A stretch of DNA of 64,000 bases from NCBI GenBank assembly GCA_963826785.1, contig CAWGYD010000003.1, positions 128,001-192,000 on the forward strand, written 5' to 3'. Position 1 is the first letter of the stretch, and every line of letters starts with the position of its first letter. This DNA is from an uncultured delta proteobacterium. Lineage in GTDB: Bacteria; Desulfobacterota; Desulfobacteria; Desulfobacterales; Desulfosalsimonadaceae. The notes under the pieces were generated by a model, which saw only the letters and a program-made list of their open reading frames with translations, was not told where the DNA came from and searched no databases. A program made the position numbers and the translations under genes. Shown here piece by piece: positions 19,051 to 31,763 of the stretch.

Positions 19051-20541
19051 TTAACGGGCGCAGTTTAAGGTCATCTCCCGCAGCCGCCGGGCCAGGACGG
19101 AGGTCAGCACGCCCTCTTCCATGCGCCATTCCCAGTTGCCGCTGCTTTCTGCCGGGCGGTTCATGCGGGCCTCCTTTCCCAGCCCCAGCAGGTCCTGCAT
19201 GGGAACCACGGCCGTGTCCGCCACCGACATCCAGGCCATCCGGATCATCTCCCAGTGCAGCCGCCCGGGAGAAACGTTTCGGCCCAAATAGCCATGCAGG
19301 TGTCTGCGCACCATCGGCCCGGCTTCGGACTCATACCAGCCCCGGAGCGTATTGTTGTCGTGGGTGCCGGTGTAGGCCACGCAGTTTGGGACATGGAAGT
19401 GGGGCAGGTGGACACTGTGGGCAAAATCGTCCCCGAAGGCGAACTGGAGCACCCGCATTCCGGGCAGGTCGAAACGGCGGATGATTTCACGAACGTCTGC
19501 CGTAATGGTCCCCAGGTCCTCGGCGATCACCGGCAGGTTCCCGAACCGTTTCACCAGCCGGGAGAAGAAGTCCTCGCAGGGGGCGGGCACCCATTTTCCG
19601 TTCACCGCCGTTTTCGCCCCGGCGGGCACTTCCCAGAAAGCCACCAGCCCCCTGAAATGGTCGATCCGGACGGCATCAAAGAGCGCAAAATTGTGTTCAA
19701 ACCGCCTGATCCACCAGTCATAGCCGTTTTGCCGCAGCATTTCCCAGTCATACACCGGGTGTCCCCATAATTGCCCGGTTTTGCTGAAATAATCCGGGGG
19801 CACCCCGGAAACCGCCAGCGGCCGTCGATTCCGGTCCAGCTTGTACTGTTCCGGGCGGACCCAGACATCGGCGCTGTCAAAGGGGAGGTAAATGGGCAGA
19901 TCCCCGATGATCCGGATGCTTTTTTCATTGCAGTAGTTCTTGAGCTCCCGCCACTGGCTGAAAAACAGGTACTGGAAAAATTTATGCATTGAAATGGCAT
20001 CGAAAAACCGCTCCCCTGCCCTGGCAATCGTTTCAGGGTCCCGCTCCCGAAAAGACTTCGGCCAACGATGCCACGGTTTCTTGTAGTGCGCCCGCAGCGC
20101 GGCATAGAGGGCATAATCATCCAACCAGGCTTGATGAGTGGCGCAGAATCGTTTAAAATCGTCCACTTCGCCTGCTGCCGTAAAGTTAATGTAGGCCTTC
20201 TCCAGAAGCGGATATTTTAACACCGCCACTGCCGGAAAATCCACCCGGCGGGACTGTTTCTGACGATAGTCGGAAAGGTCCGATAAGTTGATCCATTCCC
20301 TCTCCACCAGCAGTTCCGGGCTGATGAGCAGGGGATTTCCCGCAAAGGCCGAACTGCCATGATAAGGGGAATTGCCGGTTTCCGTATCCGTGGGGGTCAG
20401 GGGCAATATCTGCCAGATCCCCTGGCCGGCATCGGCAAGAAAGTCGGCGAACATAAAGGCGGCCGGGCCCAGATCCCCGATGCCGTAATCATTGGCCAGG
20501 CTGGTGGGGTGCAGCAGAATGCCGGCGGATCGCACGGTCAT
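19051..20541 (-). CDS. malQ: 4-alpha-glucanotransferase (amylomaltase, GH77)
   Basis: GILLHPTSL, GVPPDYFSKTGQLWG, RIDHFRG, IAEDLG, YTGTHDN; AAGGAG RBS; ATGA overlap with treY. Confidence 0.95.
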   Translation of the reverse strand: MTVRSAGILLHPTSLANDYGIGDLGPAAFMFADFLADAGQGIWQILPLTPTDTETGNSPYHGSSAFAGNPLLISPELLVEREWINLSDLSDYRQKQSRRVDFPAVAVLKYPLLEKAYINFTAAGEVDDFKRFCATHQAWLDDYALYAALRAHYKKPWHRWPKSFRERDPETIARAGERFFDAISMHKFFQYLFFSQWRELKNYCNEKSIRIIGDLPIYLPFDSADVWVRPEQYKLDRNRRPLAVSGVPPDYFSKTGQLWGHPVYDWEMLRQNGYDWWIRRFEHNFALFDAVRIDHFRGLVAFWEVPAGAKTAVNGKWVPAPCEDFFSRLVKRFGNLPVIAEDLGTITADVREIIRRFDLPGMRVLQFAFGDDFAHSVHLPHFHVPNCVAYTGTHDNNTLRGWYESEAGPMVRRHLHGYLGRNVSPGRLHWEMIRMAWMSVADTAVVPMQDLLGLGKEARMNRPAESSGNWEWRMEEGVLTSVLARRLREMTLNCAR

Positions 20542-23337
20542 AGTCGCCGTTCTCCTTTCAGCAGGGCCGCCGGAAACCGTGAAAAAGCCTCTCCAACAAA
20601 GAGCTGGTCCGTGGCCACATAGATGTCCCCGGTAATGACATTTTCCCATCGGGCCGGCGCCCCCGGGGGAGCTGGATAGCCGTGTCTTTCCATATGCCGG
20701 CGCCCAGCGGCGGTTCTTCCGCATCGACGATCCCGGTGAGAAAACGGGGGACCAGGGTGATGCACCACTGGTTCTTGAACTTCCGGGCATAGGCGATCAC
20801 GCGGTCATGATGAATGCCCTGGGGAAACAGCGGAATATAATGCCCTTCCCGGTACAGCCGGGTTCGGCTTTTACGATCGGCCAGGGCGGCGATGATCAAA
20901 AACTGTTTGAGACGGCCGTCAAACGGAGACATGAGCATGCGATGGATCAGTGCGGGAAGATCCCCCCCATGCCTTCCCGGATCTGGCGCCTCTGCCGCTG
21001 CAGTGCAGGGTAATCCACCGGCCTCCGGTTGTCGGGGTCCACCAGGGTCAGGTCAAAGCCTTCGGTTCCCCGGTAAAAATCGGGCACTCCGGGAGCGGTG
21101 ATCTTGATCAGGCACTGGGAGAGGGAATTGAATACGCCATACCAGCCCACCTTCCGGCAGAAGGGCAAAAAAAGCTCCAGAAACCGATTTTCGAATGAAG
21201 GCGGAGATCAGCCTGCGGACAAATTCGGTGATGCCGGCCTCGTAATCCGCATCCGGCGCCAGCCATGAAGAGTGGGCTTTGGCCTCCCGGACGGCCTTGA
21301 CCATATAGTTTTCGATCCGCGGGCCGATATTTGGTTTCTCATGTTCACCCACCGGCCACGCGCCGATCAGGGTTTGATAGAGAAAATACTCCACGTTGGC
21401 TTCCGGAACGGTCACCCCGTTGATCTGCTTTTTCAGATCCCGATTGATGGTATGCCAGGCCTCCAGCTGCTTTTCCCATTCCATGGGGATTTCGGAAAGG
21501 ACATTGATCCGTGCCCGCACATCCTCCCCTCTTTTGGAATCATGCGTGGCCGTGCTGTTCATGGCGTGCGGCCACGCCTCCGCCCGCTGCTGGATATAGG
21601 CATGAAAATCGTCTGTTCGGCAGCCGAACCTGCCGGGGTCCCCGCCGACTTCATTTAACGAGATCAATCGATGGTAAAGATACAAGGCCGTGTCCTCGAA
21701 TCCCTTGGCGGCCAGGGGGGCGGTCAGCTGCTGGAATCCGGTTATAACAGAGCGGCGCTGGCCATCGGGCTCGACATTGTCTTCCGACGTTTCGGTATCC
21801 AGCCTGCCCAGCAGGACGCGCTCCAGAAACATCAGCTCATGCCGCAGCTCCGGCCGGTGAAGGACCGCCCGCGACAGAGCGGACTGCAGGACCATTTGGT
21901 CCGGTTCTAAAACAACATCCCCGGCCGCGTAGGTCCGATATACATGAAACCGGGAAATCGCTTCGGCAAGCGCCTGTTTCAGGCGCGGGGAAGTGCAGTC
22001 CATACCATAGCGGTCTTCGGGGGAGATGGATTTCAGCTTTCGGTTCAGGTTGTCCAGATCGCCCTCGAACTGGGTCAGGAGCACTTTCTTCCGGGACGCA
22101 TACACCATCTGGGAAAAGGAGTCTGTCATCTTGCTGAAACGCACATACAAGCGGGTGAGCAGGTCTTCGTTTTCGGAATTGACGAACAGGGCGTTTACCC
22201 AGCTGCCGAATTCATATCCCGTGGTCCCCTGGACCGGCCAGTCCTCGGGCAGCTTTTCCTGTGTCCCAGGATCTTTTCCACCAGCACATAAATATCACCC
22301 ATGCGCCCGCGCAGCCGGTTCAGATATTCCAGCGGATCGGCCATGCCGTCTATGTGATCGACCCGGATGCCGGAAACGACTTTTTCCTTTACCAGCCGTT
22401 CGAGCAGGCCGTGGGTATGATCGAAAACCGCCTGGGATTCCTGGCGCAGACAGATCAGTTCATTGATATCGAAAAACCGGCGATAATTGATTTCCTCGGT
22501 GGCGGCCTTCCAGTAGCACAGCGCGAACATCTGCGCCTTGAGCAGCCGGTCCAGCAGCTTAAATCCGTCCTGGCCGCTGTTGTACCGCAAGAGGGTCTCG
22601 TCGATGCAGCGACGGATCAGCGGGTTGCTGTCATAGAGGTCAGACAGGTTCCGTTTCACCTGGACAAATGCATCCTGGCGATCATTGAGCTTGTCGGGCA
22701 GGGACAACCCTTCGAGATCTTCCAGTATTTCATTGTAGAGGATATAGTCCGGATGGTCGTCCTTCAGCTCCGAGCGGATCTTTTCGATGTGAAAAGTGAG
22801 CAGCTGCAGGTAAGACTCCATACGCAGCGGAAATTTCAGGTCGAAATAACTGACCGTGAACCCTTCGGCGCCGTAATTGAGGCGAATCTCCCCGTCTTCC
22901 AGGCACAGTGCATAATGGCGGCCCAGAAAAGGGGCCATGAGCCTGCCGCGGATGTTGCCGCAGGGATGGTCCCAGTCGATGTCGAACCAGTGGTAATAAG
23001 GTGATCGCGGACCGTACTCGAGCACATCCATCAGCGTCCGGTTGCGATAATCAAAGGCCATGTGATTGGGCACGATGTCCTGAAGCCATCCCACTTCCCG
23101 GGTCCGCAGCTTTGCGGTAAGCGCCTGGAATCCGGCCATCCCCCCCAGTTCCGGATTGACTGCCGACGGATCGATGGTGTCATATCCGTGCAGACTCCCC
23201 TGCCGCGCCTCAAAAACAGGAGACGCATAGATATGGGAAATGCCCATATCGGACAGATAGTCGATCATGTCGGCTGCATCGGCAAAACCGAATCCGGCAT
23301 GAAACTGCAGACGGTAGGTGGCTATGGGAATTTGCAT
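20538..23337 (-). CDS. treY: malto-oligosyltrehalose synthase (at least 4 frameshifts; pseudogene or sequencing errors)
   Basis: [65 protein letters not shown] spread over five ORF fragments. Confidence 0.9.
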
Positions 23338-23441
23338 GATGAAAAATCCGCCAGCGTTATTTTCCGCGCTTCACCTGCTCTAATGTTTAGCACAGCTGAA
23401 GTTAAGGAGGATGAGCAGGAAAATGTTTCAAATAGTAGACA

Positions 23442-25866
23442 TCAAATTCTTATCAACAATTTTTCCCCTAAATCGTCGAACAGCTCCAGCCACTCGCCGG
23501 CCCGGCTGTCCCCCAGTTCCGCCCTTCGCCGATATTCCGGGTACATTTTCCGGCCCATATCGTAATACAGGTTCTGAATCTTACGCAGGCTGGTGTCAAA
23601 GGGGAGCGCATAGACCAGATCGATTCCGGAATTGAGTTCATTGAGCAGATCCGTGTGCCGGGGGGACTGGACAAACCACTTCCCGATCCGCTCGAGTTTG
23701 CTCCTCAGCGTGTATTCGAGGGTGTCCGCATCCAATTCGACCCCCGACAGATCGGCCTCCCTCATGAGCCCGTAAATGCCGTCATAATCCGACTGATCCC
23801 GTTCCAGTTCACGGCGCAGGTCCGTATTGACCACCAGGGCGCCGGCAGACTTCAGCGCCGAGGGGATCGGGCTGGCCGAATTTTTTAAAAACCGCATCAG
23901 GGGGACATTGTACTCGTACAGATGGCGGTAGACCGAGATGGCATCATCAATGGTCGATTCCAGTATGAAATTGACGATTTCCCGCTGCCGGTCCCGAAAA
24001 AGGGATATGAGCGAATATTTCGATGTGAAGAATTCATCGATTTCCCGGAGGATTTCCGGAAATTCCGCCCGGTCGAAGCTTTCGGTCAGGTTTCTTTTCA
24101 TCTCTTCATACGCTTGTGGATCGGTGCCCTGACGGATGCCGCAGGAAACATTGTGATCACCCATGTACAGGACACCGAAAATAAAATCCTCGGATTCCCG
24201 GGTGATTTCGGAAGTGATCCGGGCCTGTCCCACCGCCAGGCGGGCTTTGCCCGCTTCGGTTTTTTCATATTCCGGCCGCAGGGCCGAATAGCAGTAGATG
24301 GAAGCGACATCATCATAATCGGCAAAAAGTGAGCTGATGGCATAATGGGCGGCCACTTTCTCCGTGTCCACCATGGCCGGCTTCACGAACTTTTCATAGA
24401 TGTGCCGGCCGTCCCGGTGCTCGGAAATGTTGCTTTTCGCCCCGGCCATCTGATCTAAAAACTGCGGTTCGATCCCGTTTTCAAAAATTCTGTCCGCCAG
24501 CTGAATCGCCCGGCCCGCATACTGGATGGTCTGAACGGTTTCGATGCCGGAAATTTCATCGAAAAACCAGCCGCAGCTGGTGTACATCAGCATGGCATGT
24601 CGCTGCATTTCCAGCAATTTGAGCACCTGGACCCGGTCCCCTTCTTCCATGGGGCGGACCGCATGGGCTTCCAAAAACCGCTCGATCTGATCGGCACTCC
24701 GGTCCAGGATGATATCGATATACGCATCCCGGGCCTGCCATGGATCTTTCAGGTACTGTGCGGCGCGCTTCTCATAGGCGGGGGCCAGTTCATCCCGGAC
24801 CGCATCGAAGGCATTTCGCAAAGGCGCGCGCCAGGCCTGGTTCCAGCCCGGGTGGAGCCCGGAGTTGCAGCCGCAGTCGCTGCGCCATCGCTCGATGCCG
24901 TGGCTGCAGCTCCAGGAGGTGTTTTCCTGAATGCGGACTTCATGGGCGGGGGGAAACTTTTCCAGATGCTCCCCGTAATTGGTCAACCGGGCAAAACCGT
25001 TTTTCTCGATGTAATCGAGTGCATACGCCAGCGCCATGTCCCCGTAGCGCTGATGATGGCCGTACGTTTCGCCGTCCGTGGCCACGTGGACCAACTGGTG
25101 GCGATCGCGGCTGCTGTCAAACCCCGTGAACAGGCGTTTTGCAAATCCTTCGCCGTTTTTCAGCAGGTTTTCAAAGGCAATCGCCCGTGAAATCGGCCCG
25201 TCATAGAAGAACACCACGATCTCCTGTCCGTTTTGCAGGCGCTGAAGGTAGGGAATGGTGGGATCGATATTTCCGGTGCTCACGTCATGCCAGTCCTTCT
25301 CTTCGAGCGACCGCACACGGCTGGCCTGATAGGGACTCAGGACGGTGAACTGAATGCCGCATTCGGCAAGCACCTCCAGCGTTTCGATGTCCACGGCGGC
25401 TTCGGGCAGCCACATCCCCTCCGGGAACCGGCCGAACCGGTGCTCGAAATCGGAAATTCCCCACAGGACCTGGGTCTTTTTGTCCCGGCGGTTGGCCAGG
25501 GGAAGGATCATGTGGTTGTATGCCTGGGCAATGGCGGACCCGTGCCCGGAAAACCGTTTCCGGCTTTCCTTGTCCGCCTGCACCACGGCATCATAGACCT
25601 CCCGGTCGTGGAGCTGCCATCCAGGCCAGCAGGGTGGGGCCGAAATTGAAGCTGATCTTCGCATAATTATTGACGATATGGGTAATCCACCCGTCAACGT
25701 CCATGATGCGGGAGCGCGCATTGGCTTCATAGCATTCCGCGCTGATCCGGGCATTCCAGTCATGATAGGGATAAGCCGAGTCCTGAATTTCGATGGCCTC
25801 CAGCCAGGCATTTTCTCGCGGCGGCTGGTAGAAATGGCCGTGAATGCAGATATATCGTTCAGACAT
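23442..25866 (-). CDS. GH57-family glycoside hydrolase with DUF3536 C-terminus (frameshift near 25620)
   Basis: HGHFYQPPREN, YNHMILPLA, GMWLPEAA, ATDGETYGHH, WSCSHG, MYTSCGWFFDEI. Confidence 0.88.
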
Positions 25867-27738
25867 GTCTTTGCCTCTGAATCCTTTCAAATAACGTCAG
25901 CGCGTGCGGAGAAAGATCGAATGCCGCGCTTCCGGCCGATTCGATCACGGGAGGAACCAGCTTCCCGGCCCGCGCCAGGCCTGATCCGCCGAGTCGAGCC
26001 GTTTCTCCCATTGGCCCGCGGGCAGGGGAACAGATTGGGCGGCGTTGGCTTCGCCGAAGTAAAACACCAGAAAAATCGAGCTGTCCTGATGCCACCGCGC
26101 CATCCACAGGAGCATGCGTTCAGCGTCGTGCCCCACCTGCATTTGTTTTTTGCTTAAGTGAGACAATGCCGGGATCTGATTCCGCAGCCGGATCAGCTCC
26201 CGGTAATAAGGAAAGCAGGGTCTGGTGCGGTTCTTTCTTTTTGAGTGCGTGGTCCAGCCTGGACCGTAAAAAAGTCTGTTCATCCTGGGGTTCGGGAATT
26301 TCCTGCTGCCACCCGAAGGCGGCAAATTCGGCTTTCCGGCCCTCGGCCACCGCCCGGATCAGGTCCGGGTCCGAATGGCTGACGAAATACTGAAAAGGCG
26401 CGGTTTCGCCGTACTCCTCGCCCATGAACAGCAAGGGGATAAACGGGGAGAGCAGCACGGCTCCGGCGGCGAGTTTGAGCTTTTCCAGGCCGACCAGACC
26501 GCTTAAGCGGTCGCCTTCCATGCGGTTGCCCACCTGGTCATGGTTCTGGGAAAAGACGGTAAAATTACCGGGCCGGCATGTTCCGGGAGGAATTGCCGTG
26601 CCGGCGTCCCCGGTAGGCGCTGAAGCCTCCGTCATACACGTAGCCTTCCTTAAACGCCTTGGACAGGTGGGCCAATTTGCCGAAATCCGTATAGTAGCCG
26701 TCTTTTTCACCGGTGAGCAAAGCATGAAGGCTGTGATGGAAGTCATCGTTCCACTGGGCGTCCAGGCCGAAGCCGCCCAGTTCCCGGGATCGGATCACCC
26801 GGGTATCGTTTAGCGCGCTTTCGGCGATCAGGTGGATGCGGCGGTTTTCCTGCCGCTCAACCTCATGGACCGCCCGGCCGAGTTCTTCTAAAAAGGGGCG
26901 GGCTGAAAAATCGAGAATGGAGTGCACCGCATCCAGGCGCAGGGCGTCGACGCGGCATTCCTGACACCCAGTAGAGGGCGTTTTGGATGAAAAACCGGCG
27001 GACATCATCGGAGCCCGGGCCGTCAAAATTGATCGCCGCCCCCCAGGGGGTATGATAAAAATCGGTGAAATAGGGCCCAAAATCCCGCAGGTAATTGCCC
27101 TCCGGGCCCAGGTGATTGTAGACCACGTCCAGGATCAGGGCCAGCCCCCGGTCATGGCAGGCACTGACCAGGCGCCGCAAGCCTGAAGGGCCCCCGTAGG
27201 AGTTCTGGACCGCAAAGGGGAACACGCCGTCATACCCCCAGTTCCGGCTGCCCGGAAACTGGGCCACGGGCATGATTTCGACTGCCGTGATGCCGGTTTC
27301 CTTCAGGTCATCCAGGTGACCGATGACGGCATCGAAGGTCCCTTCAGGCGTGAAGGTCCCCACATGAAGTTCATAGATGATATGCCGGTCCAGCGGCAGG
27401 CCGCACCAGGCACCGTCCTGCCGTTCTAAAACCCGCGCCACCACCTGGGAGGGGCCGTGAACCCCTTCCGGCTGAAATCGCGATGCCGGGTCGGGCCGCT
27501 CCACGGGACCGCCTGCGTCGGGGTCGATCGGAAACAGCCGGTAGAAATACCGGCTGCCCGGCTCGACCCCGTCGATGATGTCATGAAAATATCCGCCGCC
27601 GATACCTTTAAGACTGATGCCATGCTCCCGGGGGGCGACGATGTGGACCTCCACCGCCCGGGCCAGCGGCGCCCACACCCGAAACCGGCAGCGCCCTTCT
27701 TCCATGTAGGTGGCCCCTAAGGGCACTTCGGTCATCAT
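25859..27738 (-). CDS. treZ: malto-oligosyltrehalose trehalohydrolase (at least 4 frameshifts)
   Basis: [70 protein letters not shown] across fragments. Confidence 0.9.
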
Positions 27739-27863
27739 GTCCGGTGTCCGCGTTGTCACGACCCGCTGTCGGCGGTTTGCCGCCAGCTCCGTGAAATGAT
27801 GGTTTTAAGCATAAAAGCCGTTTTTGCCGCCCAGGAAAAGAGGACCGATAATCGATTCATCAA

Positions 27864-29102
27864 TCACAATTCTATTCTTTCATGGCTTCCGCGCACCAGG
27901 GCCACCATCAGGGTCAGGTATTCCCGGAGATGGCGGGTCAGCAGGTAATTTTCCAGGACGAAATTCCTGGCGTTTTCTCCGATTTCCCTCGCCCGATCGC
28001 GGTTTTTCAGCAAATACCGGATGCGCAGCGCGGCGCCTTCCGGGGTGTTGACCAGAAAACCGGTCTGATGGTTCACCACCTGGAGCCGGATGCCGCCGGC
28101 ATCACCGCCGATCACCGGTTTTCCCTTCCACAGCCCTTCCGTCACCGTCAGTCCGAATCCTTCCTTAAGCGATTTCTGTACGATGATATCACTCATCCGC
28201 TGGATGGCATTGATCTGGCGGTGGGCATCCGGCGGCAGCAGCAGGACATGGATGTCCGGGTCATCCTTGGCCGCGGCATTGACTTTCTGCAGGACCTCTT
28301 CGCCTTCCGGGTCATCGGTGGCCGTCCCGCCTGCCAGCACCAGCTGCACGGGCGGGCCGAATGATTTGGCCATCCGGTAAGCCTGGATAACGCCGATGGG
28401 GTCCTTGAACCGGTCGAAGCGGGAAATCTGGGAGATCACCGGGCGCTTCAAATCGATATGGTAATTGCCGGCCACGGCCTGGATTTCCGAATCCTCCAAT
28501 CCGATGTTCTTGTCGCTCAAGGGGTCGATGCTGGGCGGGATGATGAACATGGGATGGGTCATGGGCTGGGCAAAGGTCGCCAGGGAATAGATGCTGGCTT
28601 CATATTCCATGACGAACTGCCGCAGGTAACGCCATACCGGTCGGTAGGGGCGGCTGGCGTCGATATGGCAGCGCCAGATCCACTTCCCCTTGCGTCCGGG
28701 GCAGTTCTGGAGCAGCGGGGCCGGCTGGGGATCGTGGATAAACACCAGGTCCGCAGATTCGAGACTTTCCCTTAATTTTTCGGCGTTGGCGGTGTTGATG
28801 GCCTCAAAATGCTTCAGCAGATTGGGAGAAATCACATCCCGGTCGCCCTGCAGGGTATTGTGCATCTTCTTGGTGCACTGGTAGAACTGGGCATCACCGG
28901 TGATCACTTCCCAGACGGCATCCAGGCCGAGTTCCTGCTTCAGGGGGATCAACCGGTGCAGGATTTCCGCCACGCCGCCCCCTTCCCGGGTGGAGTTGAC
29001 ATGCACCACCCGAAGCCCTTTCAGCGGCGCGGCCAGTTGATGCAAATGATCAATTACCGTTTCACCAACGATTTCGGCATATTGATTCAGCATATTCGTC
29101 AT
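27864..29102 (-). CDS. treT: GT4 glycosyltransferase, trehalose synthase TreT-like
   Basis: HVNSTREGGGVAEIL, IHDPQP, WRCHID, ISRFDRFKDP, EGFGLTVTE. Confidence 0.88.
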   Translation of the reverse strand: MTNMLNQYAEIVGETVIDHLHQLAAPLKGLRVVHVNSTREGGGVAEILHRLIPLKQELGLDAVWEVITGDAQFYQCTKKMHNTLQGDRDVISPNLLKHFEAINTANAEKLRESLESADLVFIHDPQPAPLLQNCPGRKGKWIWRCHIDASRPYRPVWRYLRQFVMEYEASIYSLATFAQPMTHPMFIIPPSIDPLSDKNIGLEDSEIQAVAGNYHIDLKRPVISQISRFDRFKDPIGVIQAYRMAKSFGPPVQLVLAGGTATDDPEGEEVLQKVNAAAKDDPDIHVLLLPPDAHRQINAIQRMSDIIVQKSLKEGFGLTVTEGLWKGKPVIGGDAGGIRLQVVNHQTGFLVNTPEGAALRIRYLLKNRDRAREIGENARNFVLENYLLTRHLREYLTLMVALVRGSHERIEL

Positions 29103-29764
29103 GATCGATCCTGACTGATATAATAGTTGAGAATGGCGGACAGCCTCTCCCGCAGCTCGATCAGGCTGTCAAAATATGGGTCGATGGCAGCAATCCGTTC
29201 CCCGATCTCGATATAGGGCGGGCCGAATGCCTTGATCCATTCCGAAAAATCATCCTTGCGGGACCCGGTGCGCCGCCGGGCGTCGATGAAATGATAAAAA
29301 AGACTTCCTAAAGACATCTCCGGGATTTTCGCGGCCAGCGACTCCGGGGTATCCACCCGCATATTGGTGTCGAAGACCACGATCAGCGAGCGCATGAAAA
29401 AAAACGGGTGTTCCGCTTCCGCCCGCTGGGCGCCGTCCTCCTCATCCATGCGCTCCTCGATCACCTCGATGATCTCCTGTTTCAGTTCATCGAGTGAATC
29501 AAACTGCGCCGGGTTGATGACGGACAGCCGTTCGGCCAGCCGGCGGTCATGCAGGTCATGATAGGCCCAGCTGGCGAAATTGTTCTGGTATTCCTGATCC
29601 ACGAAATGCGGACGCAGCAGCCCCCCCCAGAAATGATAATAAATCACCCCCATGTCTTCTATGCGCGTGAGACGGTCCCTCAATTCCCTCAAGTTCTGGG
29701 CCTTTTCCCCGGTGGCCAGCGCAATCAGCGCACAGTCGGTGATTGCAAAGGAGTCAACCATCAA
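29099..29764 (-). CDS. DUF5752-like protein (TreT-associated)
   Basis: Internal repeat YYHF...N.FA.W and FYHF...DDFSEW; overlaps the treT start. Confidence 0.75.
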   Translation of the reverse strand: MMVDSFAITDCALIALATGEKAQNLRELRDRLTRIEDMGVIYYHFWGGLLRPHFVDQEYQNNFASWAYHDLHDRRLAERLSVINPAQFDSLDELKQEIIEVIEERMDEEDGAQRAEAEHPFFFMRSLIVVFDTNMRVDTPESLAAKIPEMSLGSLFYHFIDARRRTGSRKDDFSEWIKAFGPPYIEIGERIAAIDPYFDSLIELRERLSAILNYYISQDRS

Positions 29765-30083
29765 TTTTCCCCGTCCGATTTTGACCGTTCATGCACGGCC
29801 TTGGTTGTTGCCAGCGGCTGGTATCAGCCGTTCATACCCGCCTGCGCAAATACCGCGTTTGCGAAATCGCTTTTTCCACGGGCGTGAATACATATTTCTT
29901 AGACCGTATATGAACCCTATTTTTTGTAAAATAGGGGATAGCATGTATTTTCAAACTTTCTGTTTTGTATCATCTATAAAGTATCACGGTATGATCACTC
30001 AATTTCGGCGTGTCAAAGATGCCGGGCCGGCGGGAAAAACGACGGCATTTGAATGAAAGAAAAAATCCGAACCGGGGGAATTC

Positions 30084-31655
30084 ATGAAGATATTGTTTAT
30101 TGCAGCGGAAAACGGGGCACTCAGGGGCGGCAAAGTGGGCGGCATCGGCGATGTCATCGGACAGCTTCCCGAGGCGCTGGCCCGGCAGGGCTGTTCGGTG
30201 TCCGTGCTGACTCCGTCCCACGGTTTTCTGCATCTTGCGCCGGGGGCCGTCAAAGCGCACACTTATAACTTCTTCTTCCGGGGATACACCCATACGGTAG
30301 AGCTGTATTCGGTATCCTCCGAACGGTCGAACCCGGATGTGCATCACTGGGTGATCCATCACCCCGCCCTGGACGCATACGATCATTTTCTGGGTCGGCA
30401 CCGGATTTATACCCATGATCCGCCGGACCGGCCTTTTTTCACCGATGGCTCCCGGTTCGCCTTTTTCGCCGGGGCATCCGCGGCGGCCGCAGCCTGGGGA
30501 ATGATCGGCGATTTCGACTGCATCCATCTCCACGACTGGCACGCCGCGCTGGTGGCCCTGCTGCGCAAAAGCCACCCGGACTTCCGGAGGCTGAGAAGCA
30601 TCCGCACGGTATACACCATCCATAATCTCGCCCTCCAGGGGGTCCGGCCCCTGCGGGGAAACGAATCCGCGCTTGAATCGTGGTTTCCCGAGCTGGGCTA
30701 CGATTGGCAGGACGTGCACGATCCCCGCTGGTGGGGCAGCTTCAACGCCATGGCCATCGGTATCCGCCTGGTCGACAAGGTCCACACGGTCTCACCCACC
30801 TATGCCAAAGAAATCCAGGAACCCAGCATGCCGCCCTTCTATTACGGCGGCGAAGGTCTGGACGGCGACCTCCTCCGGGCATATCATGAAGGCCGGCTCA
30901 CCGGTATTTTAAACGGATGCGAATACCCCGAAGACATCGGCTCCAAACATTACGATTTTGGTGAAATCATGGACCAGTGCCGTTCGGCCGCCATTTCATG
31001 GACCGGCACCCGGGATGTGGTCCCCACCGCCCAGTTCATCACCTTTGCCCGCAGCCTGGAACTGGCCCGCAAAAACAAACGCCCCAGGTCCCTGCTGACC
31101 ATGGTGACCCGGGTGACCGACCAGAAGATGCTGCTGCTCCGGCAGCCCGGATCAAACGGCGCGTCCGGGCTGGAATCTGTGCTTCGCATCCTGCCGGAGG
31201 ACAGCTGTTTTATCCTGCTGGGCAGCGGAGACTGGGGATATGAACAGTTCCTCACGCAGATGAGTTCTCGGTTTGCCAATTTCATCTTTGTTAACGGCTA
31301 TTCGGATATCTGCGCGGATATGCTCTATACAGCGGGCGACCTTTTCCTGATGCCCAGTTCGTTCGAACCCTGCGGACTGTCCCAGATGCTGGCCATGCGG
31401 GCCGGCCAGCCCTGCGTGGTGCACGCGGTGGGCGGGCTCAGGGACACGGTGCATGACGGCATCGACGGATTTTCTTTCACGGGCGATTCCCTGACCGCCC
31501 AGGTGGACGCTTTTGTCGACACGGTCAAACGTGCCCTGGACCTCAGGGAAAATGAACCGGAGCAGTGGAAAACCATCCGCTCCAATGCCGCAGCCGCCCG
31601 GTTCAGCTGGGAGGACACGGCCGTAAAGTATATCGAGCAGTTGTATGAGGCATGA
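30084..31655 (+). CDS. glgA: glycogen/starch synthase (GT5)
   Basis: KVGGIGDV, HLHDWH, TIHNLALQG, VSPTYA, MPSSFEPCGLSQM, VGGLRDTV. Confidence 0.93.
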   Translation: MKILFIAAENGALRGGKVGGIGDVIGQLPEALARQGCSVSVLTPSHGFLHLAPGAVKAHTYNFFFRGYTHTVELYSVSSERSNPDVHHWVIHHPALDAYDHFLGRHRIYTHDPPDRPFFTDGSRFAFFAGASAAAAAWGMIGDFDCIHLHDWHAALVALLRKSHPDFRRLRSIRTVYTIHNLALQGVRPLRGNESALESWFPELGYDWQDVHDPRWWGSFNAMAIGIRLVDKVHTVSPTYAKEIQEPSMPPFYYGGEGLDGDLLRAYHEGRLTGILNGCEYPEDIGSKHYDFGEIMDQCRSAAISWTGTRDVVPTAQFITFARSLELARKNKRPRSLLTMVTRVTDQKMLLLRQPGSNGASGLESVLRILPEDSCFILLGSGDWGYEQFLTQMSSRFANFIFVNGYSDICADMLYTAGDLFLMPSSFEPCGLSQMLAMRAGQPCVVHAVGGLRDTVHDGIDGFSFTGDSLTAQVDAFVDTVKRALDLRENEPEQWKTIRSNAAAARFSWEDTAVKYIEQLYEA

Positions 31656-31763
31656 CATTTGCCTCGCAGGGTGAAAAATTGTATCGAAAGCACAAAACTC
31701 ATCGGGCGCGTGCCCGAACACGAAACTGAGAATGCCATTCACAGACTGAAAAGGAGAACACAC

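Noticed and set aside
20538..27738. Programmed frameshifting or phase variation in treY/treZ
   Set aside because: Too many independent shifts per gene and no consistent slippery or long repeat tract
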